Source of the DNA: the human T2T-CHM13v2.0 reference genome, Homo sapiens
DNA length: 64,000 bases
Reading direction: 5' to 3' (one strand)
Assembly (NCBI RefSeq): GCF_009914755.1
Contig: NC_060928.1
Of the stretch, positions 13,945 to 25,236 are shown in pieces. How positions within the stretch are numbered: the stretch's first letter is position 1; every line of letters begins with the position of its first letter. A program made the translations under genes and the position numbers. The notes under the pieces were generated by a model that worked only from the letters and a program-made list of their open reading frames with translations, had not been told where the DNA came from and did no database searches.

Positions 13945-14050
13945 ACATTACAGAATAACATTAAACAGGTACACAATGTGTAATAATCATATCAAGAACA
14001 TTACAGAATAATGTTAAACAGGTACACAATGTGTAATAATCATATCAAGG
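13945..14050. repeat. 53-bp tandem duplication
   Basis: acattacagaataa(ca/tg)ttaaacaggtacacaatgtgtaataatcatatcaag at 13945-13997 and 13998-14050. Confidence 0.95.
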
Positions 14051-15752
14051 TAAATGGGATATCCATAACCTCAGGCATTTATCCTTTTGTGATACAAACA
14101 ATGCAATTATGCTCTTTTAGTTATTTTTAAATGTGCAATTACATTATTTATGACTATAGTCACCCTGTTGTGCTATCAAATACTAGGTCTTATTTATTCT
14201 TCCTAACTAATTTTTGAACCCATTAACCACTCTCACTTTCCCCCAGCCCCCACTATCCTTTCCAGTGTGCAGTAACCATCCTTCTACTCTCAATCTCCAT
14301 GAGATCAATTGTTTTAATTTTTAGCTCCCCAAAATAAGTGAGAGCATGTGATTCATACGTTTCTGTGCCTGGTTTATTTCACTTAACATAATGACCTCCA
14401 GTTCCATCCATGTTATTGCAAATGACAGGATCTCATTCTTTCTATGGCCAAATAGTACCCACTTGTGTATATATACCATATTTTCTTTATTCATTCATCT
14501 CTTGCTGGATACTTACGTTGCTTCCAAATCTTGACTATTGTTAATAGTGCTCCAATAAGTGTGGGAGTGCATATATCTCTTCCATATGCTAGCTTCCTTG
14601 CTTTTGGGTATATACCAAAAGGACGGTTCCTGGATCATATGGTAGCTCTGTTCCTGGATTTTTGAGGAAGCTCCAAATGGTTCTCCATAGTGGTTGCACT
14701 AACATACATTCCCATCAACAGTGTACAAGGGTTCCCTTTTCTCCACAGCCTCACCAGCATTTGTTATCACCTATTTTTTGGATATAAGCCATTTTGACTG
14801 TGATGAAATTATATATCATTGTAGTTGTGATTTGCATTTCTTTAATGATTGCTGATGTTGAGCATCTTTTCATATACTTGTTTGACATTTGTATGTCTTC
14901 TTTTGAGAAATATTTGTTCAGATCTTATGCCCATTTTATAATTAGATTATCAGATGTTTTTTCCTGTAGAATTGTTTGAGCTCCTTACATATTCTAATTA
15001 TTAATCATACTTTGCAAATATTTTCTCTCCTTCTGTGGGTTGTCTCTTCACTTTGTTGCTTCTTGTGCAGTGCAGAAGCTTTTTCACTTGATATGATCTC
15101 ATTGGTTAATTGTTGCTTTGATTGCCTGTGTTGTGGGATATTACTCAGAAAATTTTTGCCCATTCCAATGTCCTGGAGAGTTTCTGCAATGTTTTCTTTT
15201 AGTACTTGCATAATTTGAGGTCTTAGATTTAAGTCTTTAATCCATTTTGATTTGATTTTTGTACATGACAAGAGATATGGGTTTAATTTCATTCTTTTGC
15301 ATATAGATATCCAGTTTTCCCAGTCCCATTTATCAAAGAGATTGTCTTTTTTTTACAATATATATTCTTTTGCATCTTTGTGAAAAATGAGTTCACTGTA
15401 GATGTATGGATTTATGTCTGTGTTCTCTATTCTGTTCCACTAATCTGTGTGTCTGTTTTATGCCAATCTCAGGCTGTTTTTTTTACTATTGCTCTGTAGT
15501 ATAATTTAAAGTCAGGTAATATGATTCCTCCAGTTTTGTTATTTTTGCTTAGGATAGCTATGGCTATTCTGAGCATTTGTGGTTCTATATACATTTTAGA
15601 ATTTTTTATGATTTCTGTGAAGAATGTCATTGATATTTTGATAGGGATTGCATTAAATCTGTAGAGTGGTTTAGGTAGTGTAGACCTTTTAACAGTATTA
15701 ATTCTTCCAACCCATGAACATGGAATATCTTTACATTCTTTGTGTGTTATTC

Positions 15753-16339
15753 TGTGGGAGTGATCAGACTGAACACCAGGTCGTGGGGGTGACAAAGTCT
15801 GGTGGAGTCAAAGGATTGAGAAAAGACTGTCTGAGAGAGAGAAGTGGGACCAGGGGGCCATTGCGATCATGGAGGCTGTGAAGGCCCTGAGATCTGAGAG
15901 CCCACACTATTTCTTGGTAATCCAGCAAAGAAACAGATGGTGAGAATGTGGAGGTCGAAGGGGCGCGTTGCATTAAGCACATGATTTACAGCTGTTATGG
16001 TTTAGCATTTGCTCTGCTACTTGAGATAATGGAGAGCAGGTTCTTTTAACTCAAGATACAATCGATCCTGGGAGAGCAAGGAGCAAGGAGACAGCACTTC
16101 TAGACACATTCCAGAGCCATGAAGCTTGGATTCTATCCAAGCCACAAGTGATTATATGCCCTGGGCTTAGGCTATGGCATGTCAGGGTAGACTTCCACCC
16201 TTTAGCACAGAGCTTGGTGTTCCAAAGGCCACAAGGGGTTTTAGACCCTGGACCCCGGACATGTTCCAAGACTCTTTAACATTATGTCAGACATGCATGC
16301 CCTGCCTCAGCTTCTCCCAACATTCAGCTTTTCCCAACA
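15753..16339 (-). mobile_element. ERVK solo LTR, LTR14 family (most like LTR14C/B), 587 bp
   Basis: Minus strand runs TGTTGGGAAAAGCTGA...CTGATCACTCCCACA (TG...CA termini); 6-bp TSD ttattc/ttcttc; host L1 resumes seamlessly. Confidence 0.8.
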
Positions 16340-16511
16340 TTCTTCAATTTCTTGCATCAGTGCTTCATAGTTTTTATTGTAGAGTTCTTTGAGGTCTTTG
16401 GTTAAGTTTATTCTGAGATATTTTATTTCATTTGAAACTATTGTAAATGGAATTACGTTCTTGATTTGTTTTTCGGTTGTTCGTTGTCTGTATATAGAAA
16501 TGCTACTGATT

Positions 16512-16820
16512 GGCCAGGTGTGGTAACTCGTGCTTGTGATCCCAGCATGTTGGGAGGCCAAGGTGGCAGATCACGAGCTCAGGAGATCAAGACCAACCTG
16601 GATAACACAGTGAAACACCATCTCTGCTAAAAATACAAAAAATTAGAAATCAGCCAGTCATGGTGGCATGCAACTGTAGTCTCAACTACTCAGGAGGCTG
16701 AGGCAGGAGAATTGCTTGAACCCAGGAGGCAGAGGATGCAGCGAGCCGAGATCATGCCATTGTACTCCAGCCTGGGTGACAGAGTGGGACTCCATCTCAA
16801 AAAAAAAAAAAAAAAAAAAA
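16512..16820 (+). mobile_element. AluSc/Sc8-like with 15-bp TSD
   Basis: ggccaggtgtgg...ccatctc plus A22; TSD gaaatgctactgatt at 16497-16511 and 16821-16835. Confidence 0.95.
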
Positions 16821-17095
16821 GAAATGCTACTGATTTTGTGGTATGTTGATTTTGTATCCCACAACTTTACTGAATTTATCAGTTCTAACAGATTTTTGGT
16901 GAAGTCTTTAGGTTTTTCCAAATATAAGACCATAATATCTGCAAACAAGGATAATTTGACTTCTTTCTTTCCAATTTGGATGCCTTTTATTTTGTTTTCT
17001 TGTCTGATTGTTCTATCTAGAATTTCCAGTACTATGTTGAATATCAGGGGAAAAAGTGGGCATCCTTGTTGTGTTTCCAATTATAGAAGAACGCC

Positions 17096-17541
17096 TTTTA
17101 GTTTTTCCCATTCATTAATTTACTACCTGTGAGTTTGTCATGTGTGGCTTTTATTATATTGAAGTCTGTTTCTTCTATATCCACTTTTTTAAGGGTTTTT
17201 TTTATTATGAAGGGATTTTGAATTTTATCAAATGGTTTTTCAGCATCAGTTGAAATGATTATATGACTTTTGTACTTCATTCTGTTATTATTATGTATCA
17301 CATTGATTGGTTTGCTAATTAATGCATTTTAGTTTTCCCCATTCAATAATTTACTACCTGTGAGTTTGTCATATGTGGCTTTTATTATATTGAGGTCTGT
17401 TCCTTCTATAACCAGTTCTTAAAGGTTTTTATCATGAAGGGATGTTGAATTTTATCAAATGCTTTTTCAGCATCAGTTGAAATGATTATATGAGTTTTGT
17501 CCTTCATTCTGTTAATATTATGTATCACATTGTTTGATTTG
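17096..17541. repeat. ~215-bp tandem duplication inside L1 ORF2
   Basis: Copies 17096-17314 and 17327-17541, about 90% identical by eye, 12-bp spacer ctaattaatgca. Confidence 0.93.
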
Positions 17542-19781
17542 TGTATGTTGAATCATTCTTGCATCCCTGGGATAAAATGCACCTGGTCATGGTGAATGAT
17601 CTTTTTAATATGTTGTTGAATTCGGTTTGCTAGTATGTTGTTGGGGATTTTTGAAGAAACATTCATCAGTAATATTTGCATATAGTTTTTTTTTCTTTTT
17701 GATGTGTCTTTCTCTGTTTTTGGTATCAGGGTATACTCGCATAATAGAATGAGTTTGAAAGTATTTCTATCTCCTCTATTTTTTAGAATAGTTTAAATAG
17801 CATTGGTATTAGTTTTTTAAAAAAAAGAAAAAAAAAACTTTGGTAGAATTGAGCAGTGAAGCCATCAGGTCCTGGGCTTGTCTTTGCTGGGAAACTTTTT
17901 TATTACAACTTTAATTTCATTATTTGTTATTGGTCTATTCATGTTTTAGATTTCTTCATGGTTCAATCTTAGTAGATTGTATGTGTCTATGAATCTATCT
18001 ATTTCTTCCACAATTTCAAATTTACTGGCATATAGTTACTCAAAGTAGCCACTAATGATTCTTTGAATTTCTGTGGTGTCAATTGCAATGTCTCCTTTTT
18101 CATGTCCAACTTTATTTATTTAGGTCTTCTCTTTTTTTCTCTTAGTTATTGGATAATTGTTTGTCATTTTTGTTTATTTCTCAAAAACAAAAACCCAAAT
18201 TTTTATTTTATTGATCTTTTGTATTATTTTTGTTTGTTTCAATTTCATTTATCTCTACTCTGAACTTTATTATTTCCTTTCTTCTACTAAATTGGGTTCA
18301 GTTTGCTCTTGCTTTTCTAGTTGTTTAAGATGCATCATTAGGTTATGTACAGTTTTTCTTCTTTTTTTATGTATGTGCTTATAGCTATAAAATTCTATCT
18401 TAGTAATGCTTTTGCTGTATCCCACATGTTTTTGTATGTTGTGCTTGCATTATCATTTGCTTCAATAAATTTTTCAATTTTCTTTTAATTTCTTTATTAA
18501 CCCACTGGTAATTCAGGAGAGTATTGTTTAATTTCCTGTGGTTGTATAGTTTCAAAAATTCCTGTTGTCATTGATTTCTAGTTTTGTTCCCTTGTAGTCA
18601 GAGAAGATGTTTGATACTATTTAACTTTTTTGAATGTTTTAAGACTTGTGACCTAACGTATGGTGTCTCCTTGAGAATGATCCATGTCTGAGGAGAAAAA
18701 TGTGTAATCTACAGCTGTTGAATAAACTGTTCCGTAAATAACTATTAGGTTCATTTTGTGTATAGTGCAGATCAAATCCAATGTATCTTTGTTGATATTC
18801 TGTCTGTAATAACTGTCCAGTGCTGAAAATGAGGTGTTAAATTCTCCAGCTATTATTTGTACTGAGGTCTCTCTTTAGCTCTAATAACAATTGCTTTACA
18901 TATCTGGGTGCTCCAGTGTTGGGTGTATACATACTTACAATTGTTATATTCTCTTGCTGAATTGATCCCTTTATCATTATATGGTGACTTTTTTGTCTTT
19001 TATTATAGTTTTTGTCTTGAAATCTATTTTGTCTGATATAAGTATAGCTACTCCTGTTCTTTTGCAGTTTCCATTGGCATGAAATATCTTGTTTCATCTC
19101 TTTATTTTCCATGTATATGTGTCTTTATAGTTGAAGTATGTTTCTTGTAGTCAACAGATTATTGGCTCTTTTTTTTAAATGCATTCAGTCACCCCACTTT
19201 TTTTCATTGAGGAGTTTAGTTTACTAACATTCAGTATTATTATTGATAACTAATGACTTACCCCTGCCATTTTGATATTTGCTTTCTGGTTGTTTTGTAG
19301 TCTTCTCTTCCTTCTTTCCTTCCTTCATGTCTTCCTTTTAGTGAAGGTGATTTTCTCTGACTGTAGAATTTAATTTCTTGCTTTTAAGTTTTTGTATATG
19401 TACTGTGTGTTTTTTGATTTGAAGTTACAATGTAGCTTGTAAATACTGCTTTGTAACCCATTATTTTAAGCTGACAAAAACTTAACACTGTTTGAATAAA
19501 CAAACAAGCAAAAAGAAAACTAATAAAAATTATACCACTTCTTAACTTCATCTCCCCGTTGTTTAACTTCTTGTTGTTTCTATTTATATCTTATTTTACT
19601 GCTTATGCCTTGAAAAGTTGTTGTAGTTATTATTTTTGATTGGTTCACCTTTTAGTCTTTCTACTTGAGAGTAGTTTACATATCACAGTTACAACATTAA
19701 AATATTCTGTGTTTTTCTGTGTACTTATTACTATCAGTGAGTTTTGTTCCTTGAGATTATTTATTATTGCTCATTAAAATT

Positions 19782-19783
<2 letters not shown>

Positions 19784-19814
<31 letters not shown>
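19784..19814. repeat. Poly-T tract (31 nt)
   Basis: Uninterrupted T run inside the L1MA element. Confidence 0.95.
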
Positions 19815-19818
<4 letters not shown>

Positions 19819-20646
19819 ATTGAAGTACTCTCTTTTGCATTTCTTGTGGGACAATTCTGGTATTTATGAAATCCTTTAACTTTTGTTTTTCTGGGAAAGT
19901 ATTTCTCCTTAAGGTTTGAAGGATATTTTCACTGAATATACTGTTCTAGGTCAAAAATTTTTTTCTTCAGCATTGAAATATGTCACACCGTTCACTTCTG
20001 GCCTATAAGGTTTTCACTGAAAAGACTGCTGCCAGACATACTGGAGCTCCAATGTATATTATTTGTTTCTTTTCTCTTGATGCTTTTAGGATCCTTTCTT
20101 TATCTTTGATCTTTAGGTGTTTGATTATTAAATGTCTTGATGTAGTCTTCTTTGGATTAAAGCTATTTGTTTTCTATAACCTTCTTGAACTTGGATATTG
20201 ATATATTTCTCTACATTTGAGAACTTCCTTGTTATGATTCCATTGAAGAAATTTTCTACCCAGATATCTTTCTCTACCTAGTCTTTAAGGCCAATAACTC
20301 TTAAGTTTGCCCTTTTGAGCTTATTTTCTAGATCCTATGAGCATATTTCATTCTTTTTTATTCCTTTTTTATCTCTCTTCTGAGTATATTTTCAAGTAGC
20401 CTGTGTTCAAGCTCACTAATTCTTCATTCTGCTTGGTCAATCTGCTATTAAGAGATGCTAACACACTCTTCAGTATGTCAATTGCACTTGTCAGCTCCAG
20501 AATTTCTGCTTAATTCTTTTTAATTATTTCCATGTATTTGTTAAATTTATCTGATAGAATTCTGGATTCTTTCTCTGTGATATCTTCAATTTCTTTGAGT
20601 TTCCTCAACCACTATTTTGAATTCTTTTTATGAAAGGTCACATATC

Positions 20647-20887
20647 TCCCAGCACTTTGGGAGGCCGAGGTGGGTGGATCACAAGATCAGGAGGTTGAGA
20701 CCAGCCTGACCAACATGGTGAAACCCCATCTCTACTAAAAATACAAAAGTTAGCCAGGCATGGTGGCATGCACCTGCATCCCAGCTACTCAGGAGTCTGA
20801 GACAGAGGCGGAAGTTGCAGTGAGCTGAGATGGTGCCACTGCACTCCAGCCTGGGGGACAGAGCAAGACTCCATCTCAAAAAAAAAA

Positions 20888-20939
<52 letters not shown>

Positions 20940-20942
20940 AAA
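20647..20942 (+). mobile_element. AluS (Sg-like), lacking first ~30 nt, small right-arm deletion, (GAAA)n tail
   Basis: Starts tcccagcactttgg; about 13 GAAA units at 20890-20941; TSD gtcacatatctc at 20637-20648 and 20943-20954. Confidence 0.93.
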
Positions 20943-21345
20943 GTCACATATCTCTATTTCTCCAGGATTGTTTCCTAGTACCTTATTTACTTTGTGTGGT
21001 GATGTCCTGTTTGTCCTGAGTGCTCTTTTGGAAGTTTTCTGTGTCTGGGCATAAGCGTTAGGTATTTACTGCAGTCTTTGCAGTCCTTCTTCTGAAGGCT
21101 TTCCAGGTATTAGAAAGGAATCAGATGTTGTGGTCTAAGCTATATCTGCATTGAGGACACCCGAAGCCCAGTAACACTGTGGTTCTTGCAGAATCATAGA
21201 GGTGCCACCTTTATAGTCTTGGATATGATTTGGAAGAATTCTCTGGATTACCAGGCAAAGACTCTTGTTCTCTTCCCTTACTTTCTCCCAAACAAACAGA
21301 GTCACTCTCTCTGTGCTGAGCTGCCTGGAGCTGATGGTGAGGTGG

Positions 21346-24300
21346 CACTGTCCAGTGAAGCTATGAGTATGAGAAGAGAGTCACTGTGCTCCAGCCCCTA
21401 GAATTGTAGCTCCACCAAAATCTTGCACCATGTGCCTGGAAACGCTTCAGGCACTCAATGCCAGCCCATGAAAGCAACCACAGGGCTGACATGGTTTGGC
21501 CCTGTGACCCAGCCAAATCTCATCATGAATTATACTCCTATAATTCCCACGCTTTGTAGGAGGGATGCAGTAGTAGATAATTTGAATCACGGGGGTGGTT
21601 TTCCCCATATTGTTCTTGTGGTAGTGAATAAGTCTCATGAGATCTGATGGTTTCATCAGGGGTTTCCGCTTTTGCATCTTCCTCATTTTCTCCTGCTGCC
21701 GCCATGTAAGAAGTGCCTTTTGCCTTCTGCCATGATTTGGAGGCCTCCCCAAACATGTGGAACTGTAAGTCCAATTAAAACTTTTTTTCTTCCCAGTCTT
21801 AGATATATCTTTATCAGCAGCATGAAAATGGACTAATACAGTAAACTGGTACCAGTAGAGCGGGGCATTGCTAAAAAGGTAAGCAAAAATGTGGAAGTAA
21901 CTTTGGAACTGCGTAACAGGTAGAGAGTGGAACAATTTGGAGGGCTCAAAAGAAAGCAGGAAAACGTGAGAAAGTTTGGAACTTTCTAGAGACTTGTGGA
22001 ATGGCTTTTACCAAAAGCCTGATAGCATATAGACAATAAGGTCCAGGCTGAGGTGGTCTCAGATAGAGATGAGGAACTTGCTGGGAACTGGAGCAAAGAT
22101 GACTCTTGTTATGTTTTAGCAAAGAGACTAGCAGCATTTTCCCCTGCCCTAGATATCTGTGGAACTTTGAACTTGAGAGAGATGATGTGGGGTATCTGGC
22201 AGAAGAAATTTCTAAGCAGCAAAGCATTCATGGTGTGACTTGGGTGCTGTTAAGGGCATTCAATTTTATAAGAGAAGCAGAGCATAAAATTTCAGAAAAT
22301 TTTCAGCCTGACAATGTGATAGAAAAGAAAAACCCATTTTCTGACGATAATTTAAACTGGCTGCAGAAATTTGCAAAATTAACAAGGAGCCAAATGTTAA
22401 TCCCGAGACAATGGGAAAAATGTCTCCAGGGCATGTCAGAGGTCTTCACAGCAGCCCCTCCCTCCCATCACAGGCCCAGAGGCCTAGGAGGGAAAATGAT
22501 TTTATGGGTCGTGCCCAGGGTTTCCAAGCTGTGGGCAGCCTGGGACTTTGTGCCCTGCATCCCAGCTGCTCCAGCGATGGCTGAAAGGGGCCAAGGTAGG
22601 GCTCAGGCCATGGCTTCAGAGGGTGCAAGCCCCAAGCCTTGGCAGCTGCTACATGCTGTTGAACCCATAAGGGCACAGAAGTCAAGAATTAGGTTTTGGG
22701 AACCTCTACCTAGATTTCAGAAGATGTATGGATATGCCTGGGTACCCAGGCAGAAGTTTGCTGCACGGGTGGGGTGCTCATGAAGAACCTCTGCTAGGGC
22801 AGTGCAGAAGAGAAATGTGGGGTTGGAGCCCAAATACAGAGTCCTTACTGGGGCATCACCTAGTGATGCTGTAAGAAGAAGGCCACCATCCTCCACACCC
22901 CAGAATGGTAGATCCCTGGACAGCTTGCACCTATGCACTTGGAAAAGCCACAGACATGCAACACCAGCCCATGACAGCAGCTAGGAGGGAGGCTGTACCC
23001 TGAAAAACCACAGGTTGGGGAGCTGCCCAAGACCATGGATACACATCTGGAAACACATCTCTTGCATCAGCATGACCTGGATGTGAGATCTGGAGTCAAA
23101 GGAGATCACTTTGGAGCTTTAAAATTTGACTGCCCTGCTGGATTTCAGACTTGCATGGGCCCCATAACCATTTTGTTTTGGCCAATTTCTTTCATTTGGA
23201 ATGGATGTATTTACCCTATACCTGTATCTCCATTGTGTCTTGGAAGTAACTAGCTTGCTTTTGGTTTCACAGGCTCACAGGTGGAAGGGACGTGCTTGTC
23301 TCAGATGAGACTTTGGACTGTGGACTTTTGGGTTAATGTTGAAATGAGTTAAGACTTTGGTGGACTGTTGGGAAGGCATGAATGGTTTCTAAACATGAGA
23401 ATATGAGATTTGGAGGGGCCAGGGGCAGAATGATATGGTTTGGCTTTGTGTTGTCCCCACCCAAATCTCATCTTGAATTGTACTCCCATAATTCCCATGT
23501 GTTGTGAGAGGGATCCATTGGGAGATAATTTGAATCATGGAGGCAGTTTCTGCACCCTGTTCTTGTGGTAGTGAATAAGTCTCATGAGATCCGATGGTTT
23601 CATCGGGGGTTTCTGCTTTTGAATCTTCCCCATTTTCTCTTGCTGCCACTATGTAAGAAGTGCCTTTTGACTTTCACCATGATTCTGAGGCCTCCCCAGA
23701 TATGTGGAAATGTACATCGAATTAAATGTCCTTTTCTTCCCAGTCTTGGGTATGTCCTTATCAGCTGTGTGAAAACAGACTAATAGAAAGGCTATACCCT
23801 GCACAGACTCAGGGACAGAGCTGCCTAAGGCCTGGGGATCCCACCCCTTGCATCAGTGTGGCCTGGATTCGAGAAATGGAGTCAAAAGAGATAATTTTGG
23901 GGCTTTAAATTTAATTACTGCCCTTCTGGATTTTGGACTTGTATGGGGCCTGCAGCCGCTTTCTTTTGGTTGATTTCTCCCTTTTGAAATGGAAGTATTT
24001 GCCCAATACCTGTACCCCCATTGTATCTTGGAAGTAACTAATTTGTTTTTGATTTTACAGGCTCATTGGTGGAAGGGACTTGTGTTGTCTCAGATGAGAC
24101 TCTGGATTATGTACTTTTGAGTTAATGTTGAAATGAGTTAAGACTTTGGGAGACTATTGAGAAGGAATCATTGTATTTTGCAATGTGAGCAGGTTTGAAT
24201 TTGTGTCCACACCCAAATCTCAATTCAAATTATAATCCCCAATGTTGGAGGCAGGGCTTGGTGGGAGGTGATTGAATCATGGGGTCGCAATTCCCCCTTT

Positions 24301-24519
24301 GGTGCTGTTCTTGTGATAGAGTTCTCTCAGATGATATAGTTTAAAAGTGTGTAGCATCTCCCGCCTCTCCCTCTTCCTCCTGCTCTGGCCATGTGAGACA
24401 TGCATGCTTCCCCTTTACCTTCTACTATAATTGTAAGTTTCCTTACGCCTCCCTGGCTATGCTTCCTGTATAGCATGTGGAACTGCGAACCAATTAAACC
24501 TCTTTTTTAAATAAATTAT
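21346..24519 (+). mobile_element. MSTA-like MaLR: 3' internal region plus LTR (host of the THE1A insertion)
   Basis: MaLR internal sequence at 21346-21486 resumes at 23788-24189; LTR 24190-24519 (aatccccaatgttggaggcagggcttggtgggaggtgattg...atgcttcctgtatagc) has lost its PPT, first bases and 3' terminus. Confidence 0.75.
21487..23787 (+). mobile_element. Full-length THE1A-like MaLR provirus (LTR-int-LTR)
   Basis: 5' LTR 21487-21840 (tgacatggtttgg...gactaataca), internal 21841-23430 ending in PPT ggaggggccaggggcagaa, 3' LTR 23431-23787; 5-bp TSD agggc/aaggc. Confidence 0.92.
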
Positions 24520-24898
24520 TGATATAGCTTGGCTATATCACTACCCAAATCACATCTCTTACTGTAATCTGAATTCTAATCCCACATGTTGAGGAAGGGT
24601 TCTTCTGGGAGGTGATTGGATCATGGGGGCAGTTTTCCCCATGACGTTCTCCTAATAGTGAGTGAGTTCTCATGAGATCTGGTTGTTTGATAAGTGTCTG
24701 GCAATTTCCCCTGCGCTCCCTCTCTCATCTGCTGCCATGTAAGGTGTGCCTTGCTTCCCCTTTGCATTCTACCATGATTATAAGTTTTCTGAGGCCTCCA
24801 CAGCCACACAGAACTGTGAGTCAACTAAACATCTTTTCTTTATAAATTACCCAGTCTCTGGTAGTATCTGTATAGCACTGTGAGAACAAACTAATACA
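24520..24898 (+). mobile_element. THE1D-like MaLR solo LTR
   Basis: tgatatagcttggct...gtgagtgagttctcatgagatctgg...ataaattacccagtctc...ctaataca. Confidence 0.8.
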
Positions 24899-25175
24899 AA
24901 GGTTTAGCCTGAAGGTAAGGGCTATGGAACTAGTCAAAAAAAGAAAATTAAAAAATTAAGAGACTTAAACTACTCCTAATAGGAAATTTTGGGAAATTTC
25001 AATGAGCTATAAAGCAAAGAAGAATATAGAAAGGGACAAAGACAAAGGATGGTGGTGGGGTGGGAGGATAGGTACATGGCCAGGAAGCTTGTGGGTTGAA
25101 AGGCTAAAAGGAAACTGCCCTATGACAAATGGCCACATGATTTTATAAGAAAAAATAAGCTAATTTATTTTTCCT

Positions 25176-25236
25176 TTCTCTCTCTCTCTCTCTCTGCCTC
25201 ACTCTCTGTTTCATGCTTGCTCTCTCTCTCTCTCTG
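25176..25236. repeat. Interrupted (TC)n microsatellite
   Basis: Two (tc)n runs within a pyrimidine tract. Confidence 0.8.

Larger units (their letters stand above)
13966..21345 (-). mobile_element. Near-full-length L1MA2-like (L1MA1-3) LINE-1, interrupted by an LTR and two Alus
   Basis: L1MA-type 3'UTR at ~14020-14350; minus-strand ORF2 peptides ([28 protein letters not shown]...[21 protein letters not shown]); ORF1 and 5' region to ~21345. Confidence 0.88.

Noticed and set aside
13945-14050. Direct repeats as a CRISPR-like array
   Set aside because: Only two adjacent copies, no spacers, eukaryotic context
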